Assembly: GCA_021159885.1 (NCBI GenBank) | Contig: JAGHDO010000033.1 | Coordinates: forward strand, 7,370-71,369 | DNA: 64,000 bases | Direction of reading: 5' to 3' | DNA from: Synergistota bacterium | GTDB lineage: Bacteria; Synergistota; GBS-1 | Shown: one piece after another, positions 12,891 to 22,855 of the stretch | Layout of the letters: each line of letters begins with the position of its first letter | How positions within the stretch are numbered: the stretch's first letter is position 1 | Translations under genes and position numbers: made by a program | Notes under the pieces: model-generated | The model's input: only the letters and a program-made list of their open reading frames with translations | Databases searched by the model: none | Told to the model about the DNA's origin: nothing

Positions 12891-14147
12891 TTAGAAGAAA
12901 TCAACAAATATCCTCACTATTTTTTCCCTTAATCTATCTAACCAGCTCCCCCTAAGGGTCGGATTGTTCTTAAAAGTTTTCCCACCAGAAACCCTCTGTT
13001 GAAACCCATATCTAACGAGACCCACTGCAGTTGAGAAAATCGGACTCGCAACCATGTCCGATAATCCTCCTACATCGAGCGGTCTACCTATTCGAACTGG
13101 GAGATCTAATACTCTTCTCGCTACCTCATCTATGCCTTTGAGCAAAGCCACTCCTCCAGTTATAACCGCTCCCGCAGGAAGATACGCAGAACACTGAGAT
13201 TTATTGAGCTCTTTTCTAACCAGAATAAACATCTCCTCCACTCTTGCTTCTATAACATCACATAGCTCCCGATGAGGGATATAACCACTACCCTCTCCCT
13301 TTCCCGCCGGAGTTTTCAACTCTATATCCAGGCCAGCCTCTGCCATATCCACAGAAGCACATCCATGCTTTATTTTTATATCCTCAGCAACGCTCAAAGG
13401 CACTTTAAATACAGTAGCTATATCATTTGTTATGTGATCTCCTCCCACTGGGATAACAGCAGTATGTTTTATATTCCCCTCAAGGAAAACCGCTATGTCA
13501 GTCGTACCTCCACCTATATCTATAACCAGAACCCCGAGCTCCCTCTCTGTCGGATAAAGGACAGCTTCTGCGGAGGCAAGTGGTTCTAGCAAAGTTCCCT
13601 CAACCTCGACTCCCGCTCTTGCAACACAATTTATAGTACTTTGTATAGAAGTATAAGAACCTAATATTATAAGAACCTCAGCCTCAAGCTTTATGCCAGC
13701 CATACCAAGTGGATCCTTAATTCCCCTCTGGCCATCAACTATAAACTCCATAGGAAGTACATGAATAACCCTCTTATCTTGAGGAATAGATACCGCTTGC
13801 GCTGCCTCCATAACCCTATTTAGATCCTCTCTCCCTATCTCCCGCGCTTCCCCACTTATCAATGTAACGCCCCTATTACGCATTGTAGATATATGAGAAC
13901 CAGCAACCCCTATGAACGCACTTGCTATTTGAACCCCCGTTCTTTGAGAAGCCTCTGCTACTGCCCTTTCAACGCTCTTAATGGCACTCTCAAGGTCCAC
14001 TATTACTCCTTTTCTCATGCCCTGAGCCTTAACAAGGCTGAGCCCCTTTATTTCCAAACCGCCTTCTTCAGTAGGCTCAGCCACAAGAGCACAAATTTTT
14101 GTAGTTCCTACATCAAGTCCCACAATCGCGCCCTGCTTTGACCTCAT
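12891..14147 (-). CDS. ftsA: Cell division protein FtsA
   Basis: Actin-like ATPase, 418 aa, directly upstream of ftsZ. Confidence 0.9.
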   Translation of the reverse strand: MRSKQGAIVGLDVGTTKICALVAEPTEEGGLEIKGLSLVKAQGMRKGVIVDLESAIKSVERAVAEASQRTGVQIASAFIGVAGSHISTMRNRGVTLISGEAREIGREDLNRVMEAAQAVSIPQDKRVIHVLPMEFIVDGQRGIKDPLGMAGIKLEAEVLIILGSYTSIQSTINCVARAGVEVEGTLLEPLASAEAVLYPTERELGVLVIDIGGGTTDIAVFLEGNIKHTAVIPVGGDHITNDIATVFKVPLSVAEDIKIKHGCASVDMAEAGLDIELKTPAGKGEGSGYIPHRELCDVIEARVEEMFILVRKELNKSQCSAYLPAGAVITGGVALLKGIDEVARRVLDLPVRIGRPLDVGGLSDMVASPIFSTAVGLVRYGFQQRVSGGKTFKNNPTLRGSWLDRLREKIVRIFVDFF

Positions 14148-14854
14148 TTACCCCTCTCCCTTACTATAACCATATTTCTAAACCTTAAGTCTATAACCCA
14201 TTTGCCTTTCCTTGAGGAAAATCTATCTAATACGGCCTTAAGGTTCCTCAGCTTATCTTCTAAACTCCCGCTTCTTGGAAAAATTATTTTAAAGTTTAGA
14301 AAAAACACTGTAATATCACTATCGCTTATTTTGAGCTCCTCGATTCTTCCCAAAGAGCGAAGGAGAGAAAGGGCCATTCTCAAATTCTTATCCCCCGTTT
14401 TCTTCCCTGGAAACCATGAGATCTTGCCTTCTGGATAAGCTATCTTACATAGATTAGAAAACTTATTAACGAACGGTTCCTTAAGCAAAGGCCATAATAA
14501 ACCACTTCCGCTAAGCAACCACGTCCCATTTTGGGACTTCACAAGAGCCACAGGAATCTGATCTCGTATCTTAACAACCAAGGTAGACGGTAATTTTCTC
14601 TTTATACCAACTACTTTTACGAACCAATTTCTTTCTATCTCCGAAGCGATAGCTCTTCTATTAATCCACCAGATATTCTTTCCCCATGGAATAGAGATAG
14701 TGTGTTTAATCAGCTCAACCGAAATCGATGTCCTTCCTTGAATCTCCAAATTCTTAAGAGAGAAAAAGGTCGAGTGAAAGAGGAATATGTATAAACCTAT
14801 AGCTGACCCCGCAATAAGAAGAACTCTAAATATAAAGCGCGATCTCTGGCTCAA
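14144..14854 (-). CDS. ftsQ: Cell division protein FtsQ/DivIB (POTRA)
   Basis: 236 aa, N-terminal transmembrane helix, at the expected position in the dcw cluster. Confidence 0.7.
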   Translation of the reverse strand: MSQRSRFIFRVLLIAGSAIGLYIFLFHSTFFSLKNLEIQGRTSISVELIKHTISIPWGKNIWWINRRAIASEIERNWFVKVVGIKRKLPSTLVVKIRDQIPVALVKSQNGTWLLSGSGLLWPLLKEPFVNKFSNLCKIAYPEGKISWFPGKKTGDKNLRMALSLLRSLGRIEELKISDSDITVFFLNFKIIFPRSGSLEDKLRNLKAVLDRFSSRKGKWVIDLRFRNMVIVRERGK

Positions 14855-15731
14855 GCTCTATACCAAACTTTTCGCGAACTCTATTTTTTATCAGTTCCAT
14901 AAGTTGAAGAACATCGCTTGCTTTGGCTCCACCGATATTTATTATGAAGTTTGCGTGACTCTCAGAAACCTTAGCTCCTCCTATAACGAGACCTTTGCAT
15001 CCCGCTTTTTCTATCAATCTCCCCGCGAAATCACCGGGTGGATTCTTAAATATACATCCAGCGCTTGGGTAAGCGAAGGGCTGTTTTCTCCTTCTCTCCC
15101 AAAACGCTCTAATCTTTTTCGCGATATTCGCAGGCGTGGAAGGCTGAAGCTTTAAAACCGCTTTCCATATAAACCATTTTCTTTGCTGAAAAGTAGAATA
15201 CCTATAGGAAAACTTTACATCATTCCCATTAAGCTCGCTTACTTCCCCATCTTCTTTAACGACAAATATTCTCTCAACAAGGTCTCCTATAGCATGAGAG
15301 TTTGCCCCCGCATTGGTCCATATAGCTCCTCCAAGAGATCCTGGAATACCTATAGCAAACTCAAGCCCAGACAACCCCTTTTCTTGGGACAGATTTATTA
15401 ATCTCTTTAAGGAGGTACCCACTTGCGCTTCCAGCTTACAGCCGTTAAGAAGACGCACACACTGAAAGTTCCCTACTTCCGCAAATTTAAGAACTATACC
15501 TCGAAATCCATCATCACCTATTAAGACATTACTTCCTTGGCCAAGGAAGAGAAGCTTAAGCCCCTCCTCGGCCGAGAACGAGATAACCCTTCGCACATCG
15601 TCCACATCTTCAGGAATAATCAGGTAATCCGCAGGCCCTCCTATACCTATAGAAGTATGATTACTTAAAGGTTCCTCCCTTAAAACGGTTCCCTTTATCT
15701 TACTAAGAAGACGCCTAATCTTCATGAACAA
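14826..15731 (-). CDS. murB: UDP-N-acetylenolpyruvoylglucosamine reductase
   Basis: FAD-binding domain plus the MurB C-terminal domain; 301 aa. Confidence 0.85.
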   Translation of the reverse strand: MFMKIRRLLSKIKGTVLREEPLSNHTSIGIGGPADYLIIPEDVDDVRRVISFSAEEGLKLLFLGQGSNVLIGDDGFRGIVLKFAEVGNFQCVRLLNGCKLEAQVGTSLKRLINLSQEKGLSGLEFAIGIPGSLGGAIWTNAGANSHAIGDLVERIFVVKEDGEVSELNGNDVKFSYRYSTFQQRKWFIWKAVLKLQPSTPANIAKKIRAFWERRRKQPFAYPSAGCIFKNPPGDFAGRLIEKAGCKGLVIGGAKVSESHANFIINIGGAKASDVLQLMELIKNRVREKFGIELEPEIALYI

Positions 15732-17095
15732 CCCTCCTTAAACTCGGCAAATAGGGTTTCTCCAATCTTATACACATCACCCGCTCCCATTGTAAGAAAA
15801 AGGTCTCCTCTTTTCAGCTCACTCTTTAAAGCCTCTTTAGCTTGATCAAGTGTTTTGAAGAAAAAAACAGCGTCCTTTCTCTTTTGGAACAAAACTTCGT
15901 AGATCAATCTTCCACTTACGCCTTCTATGGGCGTTTCCGCAGCGGGATATATCTCGGTTATTCCAATCCAGTCAGCGAGCTTCAAGGAATTCGCTATTTC
16001 TCCATACATGCGAGCAGTGCGTGAGTAGCGATGAGGCTGAAAAAGCACTACCAATCTTTTCTTCCCTTCCATTGAGCGAATCGTCTCCAGGACCGCCTTT
16101 ATCTCCGTAGGGTGATGAGCGTAATCATCCATAAAGACTATTCCCTGAGCTTCCCCTATAACTTCCATTCTCCTCTTAACTCCATTAAACTCCGCAAGAG
16201 ACTGTGCAACCATATCCACATTCAAACCTATAGCTTTACTTAACGCTACTATACCTAAAGCATTATAAAGATTATGCTTTCCCACAACCTTCAGTCTTAA
16301 ATCCCCATACCCTTCTATACGCAGAGATGAAAGATCAATAACTCTACCTCTAATCATGCCATAATCAAATCCATAAGACAACCCTTCCAAGTCCATATTT
16401 CCGATAACGGGATCATCCGCGTTAAATACGACGACTTCTGCGAGGCTTGCGAGCTCCTTAACCTTATTCTTAAGTTCATTAAAATCAGCGTAATGCTCCA
16501 TATGTTCTTCTTCAAGATTCGTGATTAACAAGCAATAAAGACGGGGTAATTTAAGAAAACTTCCATCGCTTTCATCTATCTCAGCAATGAAGAAATCTCC
16601 CTTTCCCCATCTATAATTGCCACCTATATAGGGATAATCTCCACCAACCACTCCCACAGGGTCTAACCCCACATCGCTTAGAGCCTTAATTGCCATAGCA
16701 GATGTGGTTGTCTTACCATGCGTTCCGGTAATGCCTATACCCTTATATGGCCTCATCAGCATTCCAAGAAGATCCGCTCTATGCATAACTTTAAGACCTC
16801 TTCTTAAAGCTTCTCTGAGCTCCGGATTTTCCCCGCTTATGGCCGAAGAATAAACAACATATGTTGCCCCATTTAGGTTAGAAGGATCGTGCCTACGAAA
16901 TACCTTAACGCCTCTTTCAAGCAAACGATTAATGAAAACCGATTCTCCTATATCAGAACCAGATACCTCAACCCCCATTTCAAGCAAGAGAAATGCCAAA
17001 GCGCTCATTCCAACCCCACCAATTCCTATGAAGTGATATTTATCATCCAATCTGAGCAAGCTCCAAAACCACCTTCCCAACGCGCTCTGAGGCAT
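15722..17095 (-). CDS. murC: UDP-N-acetylmuramate--L-alanine ligase. The track ORF starts at 17176 and overlaps murG by 134 nt; the true start is probably MPQSALGRW or later.
   Basis: KYHFIGIGGVGMSALA N-terminal motif; Mur ligase domains. Confidence 0.85.
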   Translation of the reverse strand: MPQSALGRWFWSLLRLDDKYHFIGIGGVGMSALAFLLLEMGVEVSGSDIGESVFINRLLERGVKVFRRHDPSNLNGATYVVYSSAISGENPELREALRRGLKVMHRADLLGMLMRPYKGIGITGTHGKTTTSAMAIKALSDVGLDPVGVVGGDYPYIGGNYRWGKGDFFIAEIDESDGSFLKLPRLYCLLITNLEEEHMEHYADFNELKNKVKELASLAEVVVFNADDPVIGNMDLEGLSYGFDYGMIRGRVIDLSSLRIEGYGDLRLKVVGKHNLYNALGIVALSKAIGLNVDMVAQSLAEFNGVKRRMEVIGEAQGIVFMDDYAHHPTEIKAVLETIRSMEGKKRLVVLFQPHRYSRTARMYGEIANSLKLADWIGITEIYPAAETPIEGVSGRLIYEVLFQKRKDAVFFFKTLDQAKEALKSELKRGDLFLTMGAGDVYKIGETLFAEFKEGCS

Positions 17096-18110
17096 CTTTT
17101 CCCCTCGCAGAGCCCTTTGAAAGCCCCGTTTTAAGAATTTCCAAGATCTTAGCAGAAGTAAGTTCGCTATCCTCAACGACCACTGCCTGTCCCTCTTGCT
17201 CTAAAAGCTTTGCATTATACCATTGATGATTACCTGTACTGTACGGATATGGAACTAAAATAGCAGGCAAACCAAGGGCTCTCAGCTCAGCTACCGTGCT
17301 CGCGCCAGCTCGAGACAAGACGAGATCAGCAGCTCCATAAGCTTTCTCCATGTGCTCCAGATACGGAAGAATAACGATAGATCTAAAACCCACGCTCTTT
17401 ACTTCCCTCATGACTCTGGAAAAGTCCTGCTTACCAGTTATAAGAAGGATACCCCAATCCCTAAGCGTTCGTTCCCATTCTTCTCTCTTGCTGATAAGAT
17501 CAACGATAACATCATTGATCTTTCTCGCTCCCAAGCTTCCCCCAAATACAAGTAGAATCTTTTTATCCCTATTGAATCCCCATACGCTCTTAAGGCTTCC
17601 AGGGACAACGCTTAAAACGGACCTTCTAACGGGATTTCCGGTAATATGACATTTCTTCCTCATCCATCGAGGAAGAAAATCTAAAGTTTTCTCATAGGAA
17701 AGAGTTATCTTACTCGCAAAAATCGACAAAATTCGCGTTGAGAGCCCAGGCTTCACATCCTGCTCGTGGATCAAGACGGGAATCCCGTAAAATTTCGCAG
17801 ATAAAACCGCAGGAACTTGCCCATACCCTCCCATTCCAATGATCACCCGAGGCTTAAGTCTACTTATTAAAGACATGCTTCTAAAGGTAACCACACATAT
17901 CTTAATAGATCTCCTGAAATTTTCAAGCGTGAATCTTCTATAGAATCCTCTGTATGAAAACTCCTCACATTTATATCCATGATTCCTAATAATTTCTCCC
18001 TCTCCTCTATCGGAGGTCATAAAGAAGACCTCGACGCTCCTCTCCCTCAGGAAATCTGCCAAGGCTATCGCAGGATAAATATGTCCTCCCGTCCCAGCTG
18101 CAGCAATCAA
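17043..18110 (-). CDS. murG: Undecaprenyl-PP-MurNAc-pentapeptide GlcNAc transferase
   Basis: GT28 family with the GTGGHIYPA motif. Confidence 0.85.
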   Translation of the reverse strand: MIAAAGTGGHIYPAIALADFLRERSVEVFFMTSDRGEGEIIRNHGYKCEEFSYRGFYRRFTLENFRRSIKICVVTFRSMSLISRLKPRVIIGMGGYGQVPAVLSAKFYGIPVLIHEQDVKPGLSTRILSIFASKITLSYEKTLDFLPRWMRKKCHITGNPVRRSVLSVVPGSLKSVWGFNRDKKILLVFGGSLGARKINDVIVDLISKREEWERTLRDWGILLITGKQDFSRVMREVKSVGFRSIVILPYLEHMEKAYGAADLVLSRAGASTVAELRALGLPAILVPYPYSTGNHQWYNAKLLEQEGQAVVVEDSELTSAKILEILKTGLSKGSARGKDASERVGKVVLELAQIG

Positions 18111-19180
18111 AACTCTGATCCTTCCTCTCCCCCTACTTTAGAAGCTATGTTAAGCAGTATTCCAACACATGAGAGACTTACAACCATTGAAGTTCCTCCA
18201 TAACTAACGAAGGGTAATGGTATACCCGTAGAAGGAATAAAGTTCGTCACCCCACCTAAATTAATAAGAGCCTGAAGCAGTATAAGAAAGGTTATACCCA
18301 TGCCAAGAAGCTTGCCAAAACAGGTTGGCGCCCGCTTAGATATAGAAAAAGAAGCCCATCCTAAAGCCATGTAAAGTACCAAAACTGCAATGCTTCCAAG
18401 GAAGCCAAGCTCTTCTCCTATAACCGCGAAGATGAAGTCCGTATGGGGAGCTGGAAGATAGTAAAACTTTTGCAATCCCCTTCCCAAACCAACCCCCCAG
18501 AAACCACCTACACCAAAGGCAAGCAAAGCCTGAATTATCTGATATCCAAAACCATGAGGTGCAGCCCAAGGATTTAAAAAAGCCAATATTCTTTCCCTTC
18601 GATATGGCTCGATCCATATGAATAAAGCGCCCAGAGCTATTAGAAGAAGTAGAACTTTCACTATTCTCATGGTTTTCATGCCACCAACCCACCATAGCAT
18701 TACCCCAACCCCTATTATCACTACCGCTGTCCCCATGTCGGGTTGAGCCAGAAGCAAAGCCGCAGTTCCAAAGGTTAACAGCGCAAGAGGGAGGAAACCT
18801 CTTCCAAAATCATCGAGCAAATTCCTCTTTCTACATAGGAAAGAAGCCGTATAGATTATCATTGAAAGCTTTAAGAGCTCCGCAGGTTGAAAAGCGAAGC
18901 CAGGTGCAATTCTTATCCACCTACTGGCTCCTCCTCCTCTCACTCCTATGCCCTTGAGAAAAACCATCAAAAGAAGCACCAGTGAGCCGAAAAAGATAGG
19001 CTTACTTAGCCTGAAGAATACCTCATAATCGACCTTCCTTAAAACCAACAAGACCCCAAAACCTAAAAGTATAGAAAGAATATGCTTTCTGAACAGGAAT
19101 AAACCTTCTCCTCCTTTGTATCCCGGAGGAGCGGTAGAACTAAGAACCTCAAGCGTACCAATAGCTATTAGAATCAACAC
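18107..19180 (-). CDS. ftsW: Peptidoglycan glycosyltransferase FtsW (SEDS family)
   Basis: 10-TM SEDS protein, 357 aa, at the dcw position. Confidence 0.85.
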   Translation of the reverse strand: MLILIAIGTLEVLSSTAPPGYKGGEGLFLFRKHILSILLGFGVLLVLRKVDYEVFFRLSKPIFFGSLVLLLMVFLKGIGVRGGGASRWIRIAPGFAFQPAELLKLSMIIYTASFLCRKRNLLDDFGRGFLPLALLTFGTAALLLAQPDMGTAVVIIGVGVMLWWVGGMKTMRIVKVLLLLIALGALFIWIEPYRRERILAFLNPWAAPHGFGYQIIQALLAFGVGGFWGVGLGRGLQKFYYLPAPHTDFIFAVIGEELGFLGSIAVLVLYMALGWASFSISKRAPTCFGKLLGMGITFLILLQALINLGGVTNFIPSTGIPLPFVSYGGTSMVVSLSCVGILLNIASKVGGEEGSEF

Positions 19181-19185
19181 GCTTC

Positions 19186-20553
19186 CTATAAGGAACTTTG
19201 TTGAAGCTTCAACACTTCTCGTTTAAAGACCCTCCCCCTTTCCTCAAAGTTCGAAAACATGTCAAAACTCGCACACGCGGGAGAAAGAAGCACACAATCC
19301 CCCTTTTTTGCCAAGTTCCTGGCAGTTTCAACGGCTTCTTTCATACTTGAGACACTCACTATATTCTCTTCCTTAAATCCTTCTTTCAACGCTGCCTCTC
19401 TTATAAGGGGACCATCTTCTCCGAGAACTATGAGAAATCTAACCTTTTCCACTATCCTTCTCGCGAGCTTATCATACCCAGCTCGCTTTCCTCTGCCACC
19501 CGCTATAAGTATGATGGGCTCTTTGAAAGAATCCAAAGCCATGAGCGTAGAAACAACATTAGTTCCTTTGGAATCGTTTATATACTTCACGCCATCTATT
19601 TCAGCTACAAATTCCATTCTATGTTCAAGTCCTTTAAACTCCCTTAAGACATCCGCTATCGCCTTCGGAGAAGCTCCGGCTTGAAACGCCATTCCAGAAG
19701 CACAAAGAGAGTTTTCAAGATTATGAGGACCCTTAAGCTTAATCTCATTCACTCCTATAATGTCCATACCTAAGACGATCATCCTTCCATTTTCAACACC
19801 TGCTCCTTCCAGAGGAATTCCTTCTCTATCGAAGAAATATCTGCGTGAGATAAAGCGAGCTTCACGAAGTGCCCTATCGTGAGCGTTAACCCAAATTGTG
19901 TCGTCTTCCCTCTGGTTCATAGCTATTCTAAGCTTAGCATTAACATAACTATCCATCGTTTTATGTCTATCAAGATGATCAGGAGTCAAATTCAAGATCG
20001 CTCCTATCCTTGGGCGAAACTTATATATCGTTTCGAGCTGATAGCTCGAAACCTCAAGAACAAAACAGTCTACCTCCTTATTCTCCAGTATCGCCTTAGA
20101 AAATGGATATCCTATGTTTCCCGCAAGAACAGATTTAAGTCCCGACTTAAGGAGCATTCTATGAAGCAAATTAACCGTGGTGCTTTTCCCATTCGTGCCT
20201 GTTATAGCGTATATCGGAACCTTGACAAACCAAGAAGCAACTTCTATCTCACTATATACTGGAATTCCTTGCTTTTTCGCCTCAAGGAGAATCGGAATAT
20301 CAAGCGCAACTCCAGGACTGACCACTATAAAGTCTGAGTTTAAAACGCGCTCACTATGTTCTCCAAACTCAAATGATATATCAAGCCTTTTGAGTTCCTC
20401 TACCGCCTCCTTTTTCTCATCAGCGGGGGAAATTTCACTAACGAAAACTTGCGCTCCCTTCAGCTTAAGTAAAGCAGAAACAGCAAGCCCGCTACGAGAA
20501 GCTCCTACCACCGATACCTTTCTTCCACAGAGAGAATCAAACATGATCATCAC
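19186..20553 (-). CDS. murD: UDP-N-acetylmuramoylalanine--D-glutamate ligase
   Basis: Mur ligase with GTNGKST. Confidence 0.85.
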   Translation of the reverse strand: MMIMFDSLCGRKVSVVGASRSGLAVSALLKLKGAQVFVSEISPADEKKEAVEELKRLDISFEFGEHSERVLNSDFIVVSPGVALDIPILLEAKKQGIPVYSEIEVASWFVKVPIYAITGTNGKSTTVNLLHRMLLKSGLKSVLAGNIGYPFSKAILENKEVDCFVLEVSSYQLETIYKFRPRIGAILNLTPDHLDRHKTMDSYVNAKLRIAMNQREDDTIWVNAHDRALREARFISRRYFFDREGIPLEGAGVENGRMIVLGMDIIGVNEIKLKGPHNLENSLCASGMAFQAGASPKAIADVLREFKGLEHRMEFVAEIDGVKYINDSKGTNVVSTLMALDSFKEPIILIAGGRGKRAGYDKLARRIVEKVRFLIVLGEDGPLIREAALKEGFKEENIVSVSSMKEAVETARNLAKKGDCVLLSPACASFDMFSNFEERGRVFKREVLKLQQSSL

Positions 20554-21497
20554 CCTATCTTATAAAGAATCAAGCCCAAACTGGAAAGCAATCCTTCAAT
20601 TCCCCAGAAAAATTTCACAACCTTAGGCTCATCCCAGCCCTTTAACTCAAAGTGATGATGAAGAGGGCTCATCAGAAAGACCCTCTTTCTTCTCGTTTTG
20701 TAACTAACCACCTGAATTATCACGCTAAGAGTGTCTATAAGGAATATTCCACATATGAACGGCATAAGCATTTCTACTTTCAGAATTACGCTAACTCCTG
20801 CTATAAAGCCTCCTAGAAACATAGCACCGGTATCTCCCATAAACATTCTGGCAGGATAACGATTATAGTAAAGGAAACCCATTACCGCTCCTATAATGGC
20901 TAAAGTTAAAACTGCTACATCTTTTTCATCCCGCCACAGCGCTATTAAGAAAAGAGAGAAAAGAGCTATAGCAGAGCTCCCAGAAGCCAAACCATCAAGA
21001 CCATCCGTAATGTTAACCGCGTTCATAGAAGCAACAAATAGGAAAACAACAAAAATAGCATAGAAAGTCGAGAACTCTACACTCGATATGAAGGGAAACC
21101 ATACACGCGAATCATATAGATCAAGCTTGAAAAGAAGAAGGACTATAAGGAAAGCTACACCAATTTGCAGGATGAACTTATTCCTCGCCCTCAGCCCTCT
21201 ATCACCAACCTTAAGCTTGTTTATATCATCTATAAGCCCTACTAAAGCGCAGAGACTCGAGGAGAGCATGATAAATGCTATTTCCCTTGAAATTTTCTCT
21301 GAGAGGAGAAATGCTGATATGAAGAAAGAAAATAGTATAACGATACCCCCCATTGTCGGAGTACCCCATTTCTCCATATGCCTCTTAGGTCCATCATCTC
21401 TTATCGGCTGAAAGACACGCACTTTTCTAAGTAAAATCAACACGGGATAGCCCAAAAGCAGGGCTAAACTCAGCGAGAGCAGGAAAGCTCCAAGCAC
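20550..21497 (-). CDS. mraY: Phospho-N-acetylmuramoyl-pentapeptide transferase
   Basis: GT4 membrane enzyme, 315 aa. Confidence 0.9.
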   Translation of the reverse strand: MLGAFLLSLSLALLLGYPVLILLRKVRVFQPIRDDGPKRHMEKWGTPTMGGIVILFSFFISAFLLSEKISREIAFIMLSSSLCALVGLIDDINKLKVGDRGLRARNKFILQIGVAFLIVLLLFKLDLYDSRVWFPFISSVEFSTFYAIFVVFLFVASMNAVNITDGLDGLASGSSAIALFSLFLIALWRDEKDVAVLTLAIIGAVMGFLYYNRYPARMFMGDTGAMFLGGFIAGVSVILKVEMLMPFICGIFLIDTLSVIIQVVSYKTRRKRVFLMSPLHHHFELKGWDEPKVVKFFWGIEGLLSSLGLILYKIG

Positions 21498-22855
21498 CTT
21501 TTAACCTCCTTAAATATTTCATCAAAACCACATGCTCTTGAAGCCTTAAAAAGGACGATATCTCCCTGCGAAATCTCATCTTTGAGAAAATCTGCAAGCA
21601 GCTCGCGAGAACCAAATTTTACAATCTGATCTGCTCCCATGCCAGCGCTTAAAGCTCCATTGGCATAATCATCTGCATATTTTCCAAGAGCGAGAAGAAG
21701 ATCCACCTCGGATTCAGCGACTTGTCTACCAACCTCAAAGTGCGCCTGGTGAGAATAATCTCCCAACTCGAGCATATCTCCCAAAACCGCTATTTTTCTA
21801 CCCTTGAAGCGAGATAGATAATCTATAGCCTCCTTCATCGAAAATGGATTCGCATTATAAGCATCGTTTATCAAAATCACGCCATTATTCAAATTATGCG
21901 TTTCAAGCCTCATAGGAGGAAGCCTAAATGAGCCCGCCAGCTCACGTATCTCATCAAAAGGGACTTCTAAAAGCAAAGCAACGCTTAAAGCTCCAAGAAT
22001 GTTATAAACATTATGCTTTCCAGGGATCTTTAAGTTTATCCTTCCAAGCTTCTTCCCGCGAAAGCTTATAGCAAAGGATATTTCCTCCCTAAGAATCGCC
22101 AAGTCAATTGCTCTGCAATCTCCCATCTCTATTCCAAAAAGAAGCTTTCTTTCCCATCTATCGTTCAAAAAACGGCAGTTTTTATCATCAGCGTTAAAAA
22201 CAAGATAAGCTTTTTCTCGCAATCCCCCTACGATCTCCGCTTTTGCTTCCTTCAACTCCTCAAAGGAAGCAAAATTCCCTATATGAACCGGTCTGATGTT
22301 AGTGATAACCCCAATATCGAGAGGGGCAATACTTACCAGTTTAGATATTTCACCCCGATGATTCATTCCCAATTCCAGAGCGATGATCTCTGTATCCTCT
22401 GGTGCGTTAAGTATCGTAAGAGATATGCCAACCTCAGTATTATAGCTTTTGGGGGAAGAGTGAACCAAATATCTCCCGCTTAAAAAATGCCTTATAGCAT
22501 TCTTCGTCGTGGTTTTACCACAGCTTCCCGTAACTCCTACAGTTTTGGCACTCAACCTACTTAACTTGATCTTAGCAAGGGACTTTAATGCATTAAAGGT
22601 GTCATTCACCGTTATAATGGGCAGTTCCTCTTCCCAAGCGAACCGAGAGACATTAACCACAGCAGCTATAGCTCCTCTATCAAGGGCATCTTTAACGAAA
22701 TCATGCCCATCAAGCTTACTTCCTTTAAGCGCAAAGAATATGTACCCCTCTTTTGCATCCCTTGAATCCGTGCAGAAACCCTTTACCTCATAACTGAGGT
22801 CAACATTCCCTCTGTATCCCGCCCTTAATCCTTTTATTATTTCAGAAACTTTCAA
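21470..22855 (-). CDS. murF: UDP-MurNAc-tripeptide--D-Ala-D-Ala ligase
   Basis: Mur ligase with GSCGKTTT. Confidence 0.85.
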   Translation of the reverse strand: MKVSEIIKGLRAGYRGNVDLSYEVKGFCTDSRDAKEGYIFFALKGSKLDGHDFVKDALDRGAIAAVVNVSRFAWEEELPIITVNDTFNALKSLAKIKLSRLSAKTVGVTGSCGKTTTKNAIRHFLSGRYLVHSSPKSYNTEVGISLTILNAPEDTEIIALELGMNHRGEISKLVSIAPLDIGVITNIRPVHIGNFASFEELKEAKAEIVGGLREKAYLVFNADDKNCRFLNDRWERKLLFGIEMGDCRAIDLAILREEISFAISFRGKKLGRINLKIPGKHNVYNILGALSVALLLEVPFDEIRELAGSFRLPPMRLETHNLNNGVILINDAYNANPFSMKEAIDYLSRFKGRKIAVLGDMLELGDYSHQAHFEVGRQVAESEVDLLLALGKYADDYANGALSAGMGADQIVKFGSRELLADFLKDEISQGDIVLFKASRACGFDEIFKEVKRCLELSCSR

